64,000 nucleotides of DNA, taken from the NCBI GenBank assembly GCA_964016885.1, contig OZ024742.1, positions 349,184,001 through 349,248,000 of the forward strand. Direction: 5' to 3'. Every line of letters begins with the position of its first letter. Position 1 is the first letter of the stretch. Below the pieces are notes generated by a model. It was not told the DNA's origin. It ran no database searches and was given only the letters and a program-made list of their open reading frames with translations. Position numbers and translations under genes: made by a program. The stretch comes from Eledone cirrhosa. Taxonomy: Eukaryota. Positions 15,001-30,000 of the stretch are shown here, piece by piece.

Positions 15001-18000
15001 TAACTGTTATCACAGTTGTCTATTTCAATAACTAAGATATCTTTGGTGTGACTGTTATCACAGTTCTCTATTTCAATAACTAAGATATCTTTGGTGTGAC
15101 TGTTATCACAGTTATCTATTTCAGTAACTAAGATATCTTTGGTGTGACTGTTATCACAGTTGTCTATTTCAGTATATAACTAAGATTTCTTTGGTGTGAC
15201 TGTTATCACAGTTGTCTATTTCAATAACTAAGATATCTTTGATGTGACTGTTATCACAGGTGTCTATTTCAGTATATAACTAAGATATCTTTGGTGTGAC
15301 TGTTATCACAGTTGTCTATTTCAGTATATAACTAAGATATCTTTGGTGTGACTGTTATCACAGTTGTCTATTTCAGTATATAACTAAGATATCTTTGGTG
15401 TCACTGTTATCATAGTTGTCTATTTCAGTATATAACTAAGATATCTTTGGTGTGACTGTTATCACAGTTGTCTATTTCAGTATATAACTAAGATATCTTT
15501 GGTGTCACTGTTATCACAGTTGTCTATTTCAGTATATAACTAAGATATCTTTGGTGTGACTGTTATCACAGTTGTCTATTTCAGTATATAACTAAGATAT
15601 CTTTGGTGTGACTGTTATCACAGGTGTCTATTTCAGTATATAACTAAGATATCTTTGGTGTGACTGTTATCACAGTTGTCTATTTCAGTATATAACTAAG
15701 ATATCTTTGGTGTGACTGTTATCACTGTTGTCTATTTCAGTATATAACTAAGATATCTTTGGTGTGACTGTTATCACAGTTGTCTATTTCAGTATATAAC
15801 TAAGATATCTTTGGTGTAACTGTTATCACAGTTGTCTATTTCAGTATATAACTAAGATATCTTTGGTGTAACTGTTATCACAGTTGTCTATTTCAGTATA
15901 TAACTAAGATATCTTTGGTGTGACTGTTATCACAGTTGTCTATTTCAATAACTAAGATATCTTTGGTGTGACTTATCACAGTTATCTATTTCAATATCTA
16001 AGATATCTTTGGTGTGACTGTTATCACAGTTGTATATTTCAATATCTAAGATATCTTTGGTGTGACTGTTATCACAGTTGTCTATTTTATTATATAACTA
16101 AGATATCTTTGGTGTAACTGTTATCACAGTTGTCTATTTCAGTATATAACTAAGATATCTTTGGTGTGACTGTTATCACAGTTCTCTATTTCAATAACTA
16201 AAATATCTTTGGTGTGACTGTTATCACAGTTGTCTATTTCAGTATATAACTAAGATATCTTTGGTGTGACTTTTATCACAGTTCTCTATTTCAATAACTA
16301 AGATATCTTTGGTGTGACTGTTATCACAGTTGTCTATTTCAGTATATAACTAAGATATTTTTGGTGTAACTGTTATCACATTTGTCTATTTCAATAACTA
16401 AGATATCTTTGGTGTGACTGTTATCACAGTTCTCTATTTCAATAACTAAGATATCTTTGGTGTGACTGTTATCACAGTTCTCTATTTCAATAACTAAGAT
16501 ATCTTTGGTGTGACTGTTATCACAGTTATCTATTTCAGTAACTAAGATATCTTTGGTGTGACTGTTATCACAGTTGTCTATTTCAGTATATAACTAAGAT
16601 TTCTTTGGTGTGACTGTTATCACAGTTGTCTATTTCAATAACTAAGATATCTTTGGTGTGACTGTTATCACAGGTGTCTATTTCAGTATATAACTAAGAT
16701 ATCTTTGGTGTGACTGTTATCACAGTTGTCTATTTCAGTATATAACTAAGATATCTTTGGTGTGACTGTTATCACAGTTGTCTATTTCAGTATATAACTA
16801 AGATATCTTTGGTGTCACTGTTATCACAGTTGTCTATTTCAGTATATAACTAAGATATCTTTGGTGTGACTGTTATCACAGTTGTCTATTTCAGTATATA
16901 ACTAAGATATCTTTGGTGTCACTGTTATCACAGTTGTCTATTTCAGTATATAACTAAGATATCTTTGGTGTGACTGTTATCACAGTTGTCTATTTCAGTA
17001 TATAACTAAGATATCTTTGGTGTGACTGTTATCACAGGTGTCTATTTCAGTATATAACTAAGATATCTTTGGTGTGACTATTATCACAGTTGTCTATTTC
17101 AGTATATAACTAAGATATCTTTGGTGTGACTGTTATCACAGTTGTCTATTTCAGTATATAACTAAGATATCTTTGGTGTGACTGTTATCACAGGTGTCTA
17201 TTTCAGTATATAACTAAGATATCTTTGGTGTGACTGTTATCACAGTTGTCTATTTCAGTATATAACTAAGATATCTTTGGTGTGACTGTTATCACTGTTG
17301 TCTATTTCAGTATATAACTAAGATATCTTTGGTGTGACTGTTATCACAGTTGTCTATTTCAGTATATAACTAAGATATCTTTGGTGTAACTGTTATCACA
17401 GTTGTCTATTTCAGTATATAACTAAGATATCTTTGGTGTAACTGTTATCACAGTTGTCTATTTCAGTATATAACTAAGATATCTTTGGTGTGACTGTTAT
17501 CACAGTTGTCTATTTCAATAACTAAGATATCTTTGGTGTGACTTATCACAGTTATCTATTTCAATATCTAAGATATCTTTGGTGTGACTGTTATCACAGT
17601 TGTATATTTCAATATCTAAGATATCTTTGGTGTGACTGTTATCACAGTTGTCTATTTTATTATATAACTAAGATATCTTTGGTGTAACTGTTATCACAGT
17701 TGTCTATTTCAGTATATAACTAAGATATCTTTGGTGTGACTGTTATCACAGTTCCCTATTTCAATAACTAAAATATCTTTGGTGTGACTGTTATCACAGT
17801 TGTCTATTTCAGTATATAACTAAGATATCTTTGGTGTGACTTTTATCACAGTTCTCTATTTCAATAACTAAGATATCTTTGGTGTGACTGTTATCACAGT
17901 TGTCTATTTCAGTATATAACTAAGATATTTTTGGTGTAACTGTTATCACATTTGTCTATTTCAATAACTAAGATATCTTTGGTGTGACTGTTATCACAGT

Positions 18001-21000
18001 TCTCTATTTCAATAACTAAAATATCTTTGGTGTGACTGTTATCACAGTTGTCTATTTCAATATCTAAGATATCTTTGGTGTGACTGTTATCACGGTTATC
18101 CATTTCAATAACTAAGATATCTTTGGTGTGACTGTTCTCACAGTTGTCTATTTCAGTATATAACTAAGATATCTTTGGTGTGACTGTTATCACAGTTGTC
18201 TATTTCAATAACTAAGATATCTTTGGTGTGACTGTTATCACAGTTCTCTATTTCAATAACTAAGATATCTTTGGTGTGACTGTTATCACAGTTGTCTATT
18301 TCAGTATATAACTAAGATATCTTTGGTGTGACTGTTATCACAGTTGTCTATTTCAGTATACAACTAAGATATCTTTGGTGTGACTGTTATCACAGTTGTC
18401 TATTTCAGTATATAACTAAGATATCTTTCGTGTGACTGTTATCACGGTTGTCTATTTCAGTATATAACTAAGATATCTTTGGTGTGACTGTTATCACAGT
18501 TGTCTATTTCAGTATATAACTAAGATATCTTTGGTGTGACTGTTATCACAGGTGTCTATTTCAGTATATAACTAAGATATCTTTGGTGTGACTGTTATCA
18601 CAGTTGTCTATTTCAGTATATAACTAAGATATCTTTGGTGTGACTGTTATCACAGTTGTCTATTTCAGTATATAACTAAGATATCTTTGGTGTGACTGTT
18701 ATCACAGGTGTCTATTTCAGTATATAACTAAGATATCTTTGGTGTGACTGTTATCACTGTTGTCTATTTCAGTATATAACTAAGATATCTTTGGTGTGAC
18801 TGTTATCACAGTTGTCTATTTCAGTATATAACTAAGATATCTTTGGTGTCACTGTTATCACAGTTGTCTATTTCAGTATATAACTAAGATATCTTTGGTG
18901 TGACTGTTATCACAGTACTCTATTTCAATAACTAAGATATCTTTGGTGTGACTGTTATCACAGTTGTCTATTTCAGTATATAACTAAGATATCTTTGGTG
19001 TGACTATTATCACAGTTCTCTATTTCAATAACTAAGATATCTTTGGTGTGACTGTTATCACAGTTGTCTATTTCAGTATATAACTAAGATATCTTTGGTG
19101 TAACTGTTATCACAGTTGTCTATTTCAATAACTAAGATACCTTTGGTGTGACTGTTATCACAGTTCTCTATTTCAATAACTAAGATATCTTTGGTGTGAC
19201 TGTTATCACAGTTATCTATTTCAGTAACTAAGATATCTTTGGAGTGACTGTTATCACAGTTGTCTATTTCAGTATATAACTAAGATATCTTTGGTGTGAC
19301 TGTTATCACAGTTGTCTATTTCAATAACTAAGATATCTTTGGTGTGACTTTTATCACAGTTGTCTATTTCAGTATATAACTAAGATATCCTTGGTGTGAC
19401 TGTTATCACAGTTGTCTATTTCAGTATATAACTAAGATATCTTTGGTGTGACTGTTATCACAGTTGTCTATTTCAGTATATAACTAAGATATCTTTGGTG
19501 TGACTGTTATCACAGTTGTCTATTTTAGTATATAACTAAGATATCTTTGGTGTGACTGTTATCACAGTTGTCTATTTCAATAACTAAGATATCTTTGGTG
19601 TGACTGTTATCACAGGTGTCTATTTCAGTATATAACTAAGATATCTTTGGTGTGACTGTTATCACAGTTGTCTATTTCAGTATATAACTAAGATATCTTT
19701 GGTGTGACTGTTATCACAGTTGTCTATTTCAGTATATAACTAAGATATCTTTGGTGTGACTGTTATCACAGGTGTCTATTTCAGTATATAACTAAGATAT
19801 CTTTGGTGTGACTGTTATCACAGGTGTCTATTTCAGTATATAACTAAGATATCTTTGGTGTGACTGTTATCACAGGTGTCTATTTCAGTATATAACTAAG
19901 ATATCTTTGGTGTGACTGTTAACACAGTTGTCTATTTCAGTATACAACTAAGATATCTTTGGTGTGACTGTTATCACAGGTGTCTATTTCAGTATATAAC
20001 TAAGATATCTTTGGTGTGACTGTTATCACAGATGTCTATTTCAGTATATAACTAAGATATCTTTGGTTTGACTGTTAACACAGTTGTCTATTTCAGTATA
20101 TAACTAAGATATCTTTGGTGTGACTGTTATCACAGTTGTCTATTTCAGTATATAACTAAGATATCTTTGGTGTGACTGTTCTCACAGTTGTCTATTTCAG
20201 TATATAACTAAGATATCTTTGGTGTGACTGTTATCACAGTTGTCTATTTCAATAACTAAGATATCTTTGGTGTGACTGTTATCACAGTTCTCTATTTCAA
20301 TAACTAAGATATCTTTGGTGTGACTGTTATCACAGTTGTCTATTTCAGTATATAACTAAGATATCTTTGGTGTGACTGTTATCACAGTTGTCTATTTCAG
20401 TATACAACTAAGATATCTTTGGTGTGACTGTTATCACAGTTGTCTATTTCAGTATATAACTAAGATATCTTTCGTGTGACTGTTATCACGGTTGTCTATT
20501 TCAGTATATAACTAAGATATCTTTGGTGTGACTGTTATCACAGTTGTCTATTTCAGTATATAACTAAGATATCTTTGGTGTGACTGTTATCACAGGTGTC
20601 TATTTCAGTATATAACTAAGATATCTTTGGTGTGACTGTTATCACAGTTGTCTATTTCAGTATATAACTAAGATATCTTTGGTGTGACTGTTATCACAGT
20701 TGTCTATTTCAGTATATAACTAAGATATCTTTGGTGTGACTGTTATCACAGGTGTCTATTTCAGTATATAACTAAGATATCTTTGGTGTGACTGTTATCA
20801 CTGTTGTCTATTTCAGTATATAACTAAGATATCTTTGGTGTGACTGTTATCACAGTTGTCTATTTCAGTATATAACTAAGATATCTTTGGTGTCACTGTT
20901 ATCACAGTTGTCTATTTCAGTATATAACTAAGATATCTTTGGTGTAACTGTAATCACAGTTGTCTATTTCAGTATATAACTAAGATATCTTTGGTGTGAC

Positions 21001-24000
21001 TGTTATCACAGTGGTCTATTTCAGTATATAACTAAGATATCTTTGGTGTGACTGTTATCACAGGTGTCTATTTCAATAACTAAGATATCTTTGGTGTGAC
21101 TTATCACAGTTATCTATTTCAATATCTAAGATATCTTTGGTGTGACTGTTATCACAGTTGTCTATTTCAATATCTAATATATCTTTGGTGTGACTGTTAT
21201 CACAGTTGTATATTTCAATATCTAAGATATCTTTGGTGTGACTGTTCTCACAGTTGTCTATTTCAGTATATAACTAAGATATCTTTGGTGTAACTGTTTT
21301 CACAGTTGTCTATTTCAGTATATAACTAAGATATCTTTGGTGTGTCTGTTATCACAGTACTCTATTTCAATAACTAAGATATCTTTGGTGTGACTGTTAT
21401 CACAGTTGTCTATTTCAGTATATAACTAAGATATCTTTGGTGTGACTATTATCACAGTTCTCTATTTCAATAACTAAGATATCTTTGGTGTGACTGTTAT
21501 CACAGTTGTCTATTTCAGTATATAACTAAGATATCTTTGGTGTAACTGTTATCACAGTTGTCTATTTCAATAACTAAGATACCTTTGGTGTGACTGTTAT
21601 CACAGTTCTCTATTTCAATAACTAAGATATCTTTGGTGTGACTGTTATCACAGTTATCTATTTCAGTAACTAAGATATCTTTGGAGTGACTGTTATCACA
21701 GTTGTCTATTTCAGTATATAACTAAGATATCTTTGGTGTGACTGTTATCACAGTTGTCTATTTCAATAACTAAGATATCTTTGGTGTGACTTTTATCACA
21801 GTTGTCTATTTCAGTATATAACTAAGATATCCTTGGTGTGACTGTTATCACAGTTGTCTATTTCAGTATATAACTAAGATATCTTTGGTGTGACTGTTAT
21901 CACAGTTGTCTATTTCAGTATATAACTAAGATATCTTTGGTGTGACTGTTATCACAGTTGTCTATTTTAGTATATAACTAAGATATCTTTGGTGTGACTG
22001 TTATCACAGTTGTCTATTTCAATAACTAAGATATCTTTGGTGTGACTGTTATCACAGGTGTCTATTTCAGTATATAACTAAGATATCTTTGGTGTGACTG
22101 TTATCACAGTTGTCTATTTCAGTATATAACTAAGATATCTTTGGTGTGACTGTTATCACAGTTGTCTATTTCAGTATATAACTAAGATATCTTTGGTGTG
22201 ACTGTTATCACAGGTGTCTATTTCAGTATATAACTAAGATATCTTTGGTGTGACTGTTATCACAGGTGTCTATTTCAGTATATAACTAAGATATCTTTGG
22301 TGTGACTGTTATCACAGGTGTCTATTTCAGTATATAACTAAGATATCTTTGGTGTGACTGTTAACACAGTTGTCTATTTCAGTATACAACTAAGATATCT
22401 TTGGTGTGACTGTTATCACAGGTGTCTATTTCAGTATATAACTAAGATATCTTTGGTGTGACTGTTATCACAGTTGTCTATTTCAGTATATAACTAAGAT
22501 ATCTTTGGTGTGACTGTTATCACAGATGTCTATTTCAGTATATAACTAAGATATCTTTGGTTTGACTGTTAACACAGTTGTCTATTTCAGTATATAACTA
22601 AGATATCTTTGGTGTGACTGTTATCACAGGTGTCTATTTCAGTATATAACTAAGATATCTTTGGTGTGACTGTTAACACAGTTGTCTATTTCAGTATATA
22701 ACTAAGATATCTTTGGTGTGACTGTTATCACAGTTGTCTATTTCAGTATATAACTAAGATATCTTTGGTGTGACTGTTATCACAGTTGTCTATTTCAGTA
22801 TATAACTAAGATATCTTTGGTGTGACTGTTATCACAGTTGTCTATTTCAGTATATAACTAAGATATCTTTGGTGTGACTGTTATCACAGGTGTCTATTTC
22901 AGTATATAACTAAGATATCTTTGGTGTGACTGTTATCACAGGTGTCTATTTCAGTATATAACTAAGATATCTTTGGTGTGACTGTTATCACAGGTGTCTA
23001 TTTCAGTATATAACTAAGATATCTTTGGTGTGACTGTTAACACAGTTGTCTATTTCAGTATACAACTAAGATATCTTTGGTGTGACTGTTATCACAGGTG
23101 TCTATTTCAGTATATAACTAAGATATCTTTGGTGTGACTGTTATCACAGTTGTCTATTTCAGTATATAACTAAGATATCTTTGGTGTGACTGTTATCACA
23201 GTTGTCTATTTCAGTATATAACTAAGATATCTTTGGTTTGACTGTTAACACAGTTGTCTATTTCAGTATATAACTAAGATATCTTTGGTGTGACTGTTAT
23301 CACAGGTGTCTATTTCAGTATATAACTAAGATATCTTTGGTGTGACTGTTAACACAGTTGTCTATTTCAGTATATAACTAAGATATCTTTGGTGTGACTG
23401 TTATCACAGTTGTCTATTTCAGTATATAACTAAGATATCTTTGGTGTGACTGTTATCACAGTTGTCTATTTCAGTATATAACTAAGATATCTTTGGTGTG
23501 ACTGTTATCACAGTTGTCTATTTCAGTATATAACTAAGATATCTTTGGTGTGACTGTTATCACAGTAGTCTATTTCAGTATATAACTAAGATATCTTTGG
23601 TGTGACTGTTATCACAGGCGTCTATTTCAGTATATAACTAAGATATCTTTGGTGTGACTGTTATCACAGTTGTCTATTTCAGTATATAACTAAGATATCT
23701 TTGGTGTGACTGTTATCACTGTTGTCTATTTCAGTATATAACTAAGATATCTTTGGTGTGACTGTTATCACAGTTGTCTATTTCAGTATAAAACGAAGAT
23801 ATCTTTGGTGTAACTGTTATCACAGTTGTCTATTTCAGTATATAACTAAGATATCTTTGGTGTAACTGTTATCACAGTTGTCTATTTCAGTATATAACTA
23901 AGATATCTTTGGTGTGACTGTTATCACAGTTGTCTATTTCAATAACTAAGATATCTTTGGTGTGACTTATCACAGTTATCTATTTCAATATCTAAGATAT

Positions 24001-27000
24001 CTTTGGTGTGACTGTTATCACAGTTGTCTATTTCAATATCTAAGATATCTTTGGTGTGACTGTTATCACAGTTGTATATTTCAATATCTAAGATATCTTT
24101 GGTGTGACTGTTATCACAGTTGTCTATTTCAGTATATAACTAACATATCTTTGGTGTAACTGTTATCACAGTTGTCTATTTCAGTATATAAGTAAGATAT
24201 CTTTGGTGTGACTGTTATCACAGTTCTCTATTTCAATAACTAAGATATCTTTGGTGTGACTGTTATCACAGTTGTCTATTTCAGTATATAACTAAGATAT
24301 CTTTGGTGTGACTATTATCACAGTTCTCTATTTCAATAACTAAGATATATTTGGTGTGACTGTTATCACAGTTGTCTATTTCAGTATATAACTAAGATAT
24401 CTTTGGTGTAACTGTTATCACAGTTGTCTATTTCAATAACTAAGATATCTTTGGTGTGACTGTTATCACAGTTCTCTATTTCAATAACTAAGATATCTTT
24501 GGTGTGACTGTTATCACAGTTGTCTATTTTAATATCTAAGATATCTTTGGTGTGACTGTTATCACGGTTATCTATTTCAATAACTAAGATATCTTTGGTG
24601 TGACTGTTATCACAGTTGTCTATTTCAGTATATAACTAAGATATCTTTGGTGTGACTGTTATCACAGTTGTCTATTTCAATAACTAAGATATCTTTGGTG
24701 TGACTGTTATCACAGTTCTCTATTTCTATAACTAAGATATCTTTGGTGTGACTGTTATCACAGTTGTCTATTTCAGTATATAACTAAGATATCTTTGGTG
24801 TGACTGTTATCACAGTTGCCTATTTCAGTATATAACTAAGATATCTTTGGTGTAACTGTTATCACAGTTACCTATTTCAATAACTAAGATATCTTTGGTG
24901 TGACTGTTATCACAGTTGTCTATTTCAGTATATAACTAAGATATCTTTGGTGTGACTGTTATCACAGTTGTCTATTTCAGTATATAACTAAGATATCTTT
25001 GGTGTGACTGTTATCACAGTTATCTATTTCAGTATATAACTAAGATATCTTTGGTGTGACTGTTATCACAGTTGCCTATTTCAGTATATAACTAAGATAT
25101 CTTTGGTGTAACTGTTATCACAGTTACCTATTTCAATAACTAAGATATCTTTGGTGTGACTGTTATCACAGTTGTCTATTTCAGTATATAACTAAGATAT
25201 CTTTGGTGTAACTGTTATCACAGTTGTCTATTTCAATAACTAAGATATCTTTGGTGTGACTGTTATCACAGTTATCTATTTCAATAACTAAGATATCTTT
25301 GGTGTGACTGTTATCACAGTTGTCTATTTCAATAACTAAGATATCTTTGGTGTGACTGTTATCACAGTTCTCTATTTCAATAACTAAGATATCTTTGGTG
25401 TGACTGTTATGACAGTTGTCTATTTCAGTATATAACTAAGATATCTTTGGTGTGACTGTTATCACAGTTGTCTATTTCAATAACTAAGATATCTTTGGTG
25501 TGACTGTTATCACAGTTGTCTATTTCAGTATATAACTAAGATATCTTTGGTGTGACTGTTATTACAGTTGTCTATTTCAATATCTAAGATATCTTTGGTG
25601 TGACTGTTTTCACAGTTGTCTATTTCAGTATATAACTAAGATATCTTTGGTGTAACTGTTATCACAGTTGTCTATTTCAATAACGAAGATATCTTTGGTG
25701 TGACTGTTATCACAGTTGTCTATTTCAGTATATAACTAAGATATCTTTGGTGTGACTGTTATCACAGTTGTCTATTTCAGTATATAACTAAGATATCTTT
25801 GGTGTAACTGTTATCACAGTTATCTATTTCAATAACTAAGATATCTTTGGTGTGACTGTTATCACAGTTGTCTATTTCAGTATATAACTAAGATATCTTT
25901 GGTGTGACTGTTATCACAGGTGTCTATTTCAGTATATAACTAAGATATCTTTGGTGTGACTGTTATCAGAGGTGTCTATTTCAATAACTAAGATATATTT
26001 GGTGTAACTGTTATCACAGTTGTCTATTTCAGTATATAACTAAGATATCTTTGGTGTGACTGTTATCACAGTTGTCTATTTCAGTATATAACTAAGATAC
26101 CTTTGGTGTGACTGTTATCACAGTTGTCTATTTCAGTATATAACTAATATATCTTTGGTGTGACTGTTATCACAGTTGTCTATTTCAGTATATAACTAAG
26201 ATATCTTTGGTGTAACTTTTATCACAGTTGTCTATTTCAATAACTAAGATATCTTTGGTGTAACTGTTATTACAGTTGTCGATTTCAATAACTAAGATAT
26301 CTTTGGTGTGACTGTTATCACAGTTGTCTATTTCAATAACTAAGATATCTTTGGTGTTACTGTTATCACAGTTGTCTATTTCAATAACTAAGATATCTTT
26401 GGTGTAACTGTTATCACAGTTGTCTATTTCAGTATATAACTAAGATATCTTTGGTGTGACTGTTATCACAGTTGTCTATTTCAGTATATAACTAAGATAT
26501 CTATAGTGCGACTGTTATCTCAGTTGTCTATTTCAATAACTAAGATATCTTTGGTGTGACTGTTATCACAGTTATCTATTTCAATAACAAGATATCTCTG
26601 GTGTAACTGTTATCACAGTTGTCTATTTCAGTATATAACTAAGATATCTTTGGTGTGACTGTTATCACAGTTGTCTATTTCAGTATATAACTAAGATATC
26701 TTTGGTGTAACTGTTATCACAGGTGTCTATTTCGGTACTAAGATATCTTTGGTGTGACTGTTATCACAGGTGTCTATTTCAGTATATAACTAAGATATAT
26801 TTGGTGTAACTGTAATCACAGGTGTCTATTTCAGTATATAACTAAGATATCTTTGGTGTAACTGTTATCACAGTTGTCTATTTCAATAACTAAGATATCT
26901 TTGGTGTAACTGTTATCACAGGTGTCTATTTCAGTATATAACTAAGATATCTTTGGTGTAACTGTTATCCCAGTTGTCTATTTCAATAACTAAGATACCT

Positions 27001-30000
27001 TTGGTGTAACTGTTATCACAGGTGTCTATTTCAATAACTAAGATATCTTAGGTGTAACTGTTATCACAGTTGTCTATTTCAATAACTAAGATATCTTTGG
27101 TGTAACTGTTATCACAGTTGTCTATTTCAATAACTAAGATATCTTCGGTGTAACTGTTATCAGAGGTGTCTATTTCAGTATATAACTAAGATATCTTTGG
27201 TGTAACTCTTATCACAGGTCTCTATTTCAGTATATAACTAAGATATCTTTGGTGTAACTGTTATCACAGGTGTCTATTTCAATAACTAAGATATCTTTGG
27301 TGTAACTGTTATCACAGTTGTCTATTTCAATAACTAAGATATCTTTGGTGTAACTGTTATCACAGTTCTCTATTTCAATAACTAAGATATCTTTGGTGTG
27401 ACTGTTATCACAGTTGTCTATTTCAGTATATAACTAAGATATCTTTGGTGTGACTGTTATCACAGTTGTCTATTTCAATAACTAAGATATCTTTGGTGTG
27501 ACTGTTATCACAGTTGTCTATTTCAGTATATAACTAAGATATCTTTGGTGTGACTGTTATTACAGTTGTCTATTTCAATATCTAAGATATCTTTGGTGTG
27601 ACTGTTTTCACAGTTGTCTATTTCAGTATATAACTAAGATATCTTTGGTGTAACTGTTACCACAGTTGTCTATTTCAATAACGAAGATATCTTTGGTGTG
27701 ACTGTTATCACAGTTGTCTATTTCAGTATATAACTAAGATATCTTTGGTGTGACTGTTATCACAGTTGTCTATTTCAGTATATAACTAAGATATCTTTGG
27801 TGTAACTGTTATCACAGTTATCTATTTCAATAACTAAGATATCTTTGGTGTGACTGTTATCACAGTTGTCTATTTCAGTATATAACTAAGATATCTTTGG
27901 TGTGACTGTTATCACAGGTGTCTATTTCAGTATATAACTAAGATATCTTTGGTGTGACTGTTATCACAGGTGTCTATTTCAATAACTAAGATATCTTTGG
28001 TGTAACTGTTATCACAGTTGTCTATTTCAGTATATAACTAAGATATCTTTGGTGTGACTGTTATCACAGTTGTCTATTTCAGTATATAACTAAGATATCT
28101 TTGGTGTGACTGTTATCACAGTTGTCTATTTCAGTATATAACTAATATATCTTTGGTGTGACTGTTATCACAGTTGTCTATTTCAGTATATAACTAAGAT
28201 ATCTTTGGTGTAACTTTTATCACAGTTGTCTATTTCAATAACTAAGATATCTTTGGTGTAACTGTTATTACAGTTGTCTATTTCAATAACTAAGATATCT
28301 TTGGTGTGACTGTTATCACAGTTGTCTATTTCAATAACTAAGATATCTTTGGTGTAACTGTTATCACAGTTGTCTATTTCAATAACTAAGATATCTTTGG
28401 TGTAACTGTTATCACAGTTGTCTATTTCAGTATATAACTAAGATATCTTTGGTGTGACTGTTATCACAGTTGTCTATTTCAGTATATAACTAAGATATCT
28501 ATGGTGCGACTGTTATCTCAGTTGTCTATTTCAATAACTAAGATATCTTTGGTGTGACTGTTATCACAGTTATCTATTTCAATAACAAGATATCTCTGGT
28601 GTAACTGTTATCACAGTTGTCTATTTCAGTATATAACTAAGATATCTTTGGTGTGACTGTTATCACAGTTGTCTATTTCAGTATATAACTAAGATATCTT
28701 TGGTGTAACTGTTATCACAGGTGTCTATTTCGGTACTAAGATATCTTTGGTGTGACTGTTATCACAGGTGTCTATTTCAGTATATAACTAAGATATATTT
28801 GGTGTAACTGTTATCACAGGTGTCTATTTCAGTATATAACTAAGATATCTTTGGTGTAACTGTTATCACAGTTGTCTATTTCAATAACTAAGATATCTTT
28901 GGTGTAACTGTTATCACAGGTGTCTATTTCAGTATATAACTAAGATATCTTTGGTGTAACTGTTATCCCAGTTGTCTATTTCAATAACTAAGATACCTTT
29001 GGTGTAACTGTTATCACAGTTGTCTATTTCAATAACTAAGATATCTTTGGTGTGACTGTTATCACAGTTCTCTATTTCAATAACTAAGATATCTTTGGTG
29101 TGAGTGTTATCACAGTTGTCTATTTCAATATCTAAGATGTCTTTGGTGTGACTGTTATCACGGTTATCTATTTCAATAACTAAGATATCTTTGGTGTGAC
29201 TGTTATCACAGTTGTCTATTTCATTATATAACTAAGATATCTTTGGTGTGACTGTCATCACAGTTGTCTATTTCAATAACTAAGATATCTTTGGTGTGAC
29301 TGTTATCACAGTTGTCTATTTCAGTATATAACTAAGATATCTTTGGTGTGACTGTTATCACAGTTGTCTATTTCAGTATATAACTAAGATATCTTTGGTG
29401 TAACTGTTATCACAGTTATCTATTTCAATAACTAAGATATCTTTGGTGTGACTGTTATCACAGTTGTCTATTTCAGTATATAACTAAGATATCTTTGGTG
29501 TGACTGTTATCACAGGTGTCTATTTCAGTATATAACTAAGATATCTTTGGTGTGACTGTTATCAGAGGTGTCTATTTCAATAACTAAGATATATTTGGTG
29601 TAACTGTTATCACAGTTGTCTATTTCAGTATATAACTAAGATATCTTTGGTGTGACTGTTATCACAGTTGTCTATTTCAGTATATAACTAAGATATCTTT
29701 GGTGTGACTGTTATCACAGTTGTCTATTTCAGTATATAACTAATATATCTTTGGTGTGACTGTTATCACAGTTGTCTATTTCAGTATATAACTAAGATAT
29801 CTTTGGTGTAACTTTTATCACAGTTGTCTATTTCAATAACTAAGATATCTTTGGTGTAACTGTTATTACAGTTGTCTATTTCAATAACTAAGATATCTTT
29901 GGTGTGACTGTTATCACAGTTGTCTATTTCAATAACTAAGATATCTTTGGTGTAACTGTTATCACAGTTGTCTATTTCAATAACTAAGATATCTTTGGTG

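Noticed and set aside
13571-24159. Short 64-65 aa ORFs inside the satellite
   Set aside because: They are by-products of a few consecutive 48-bp monomers, with no independent coding evidence.
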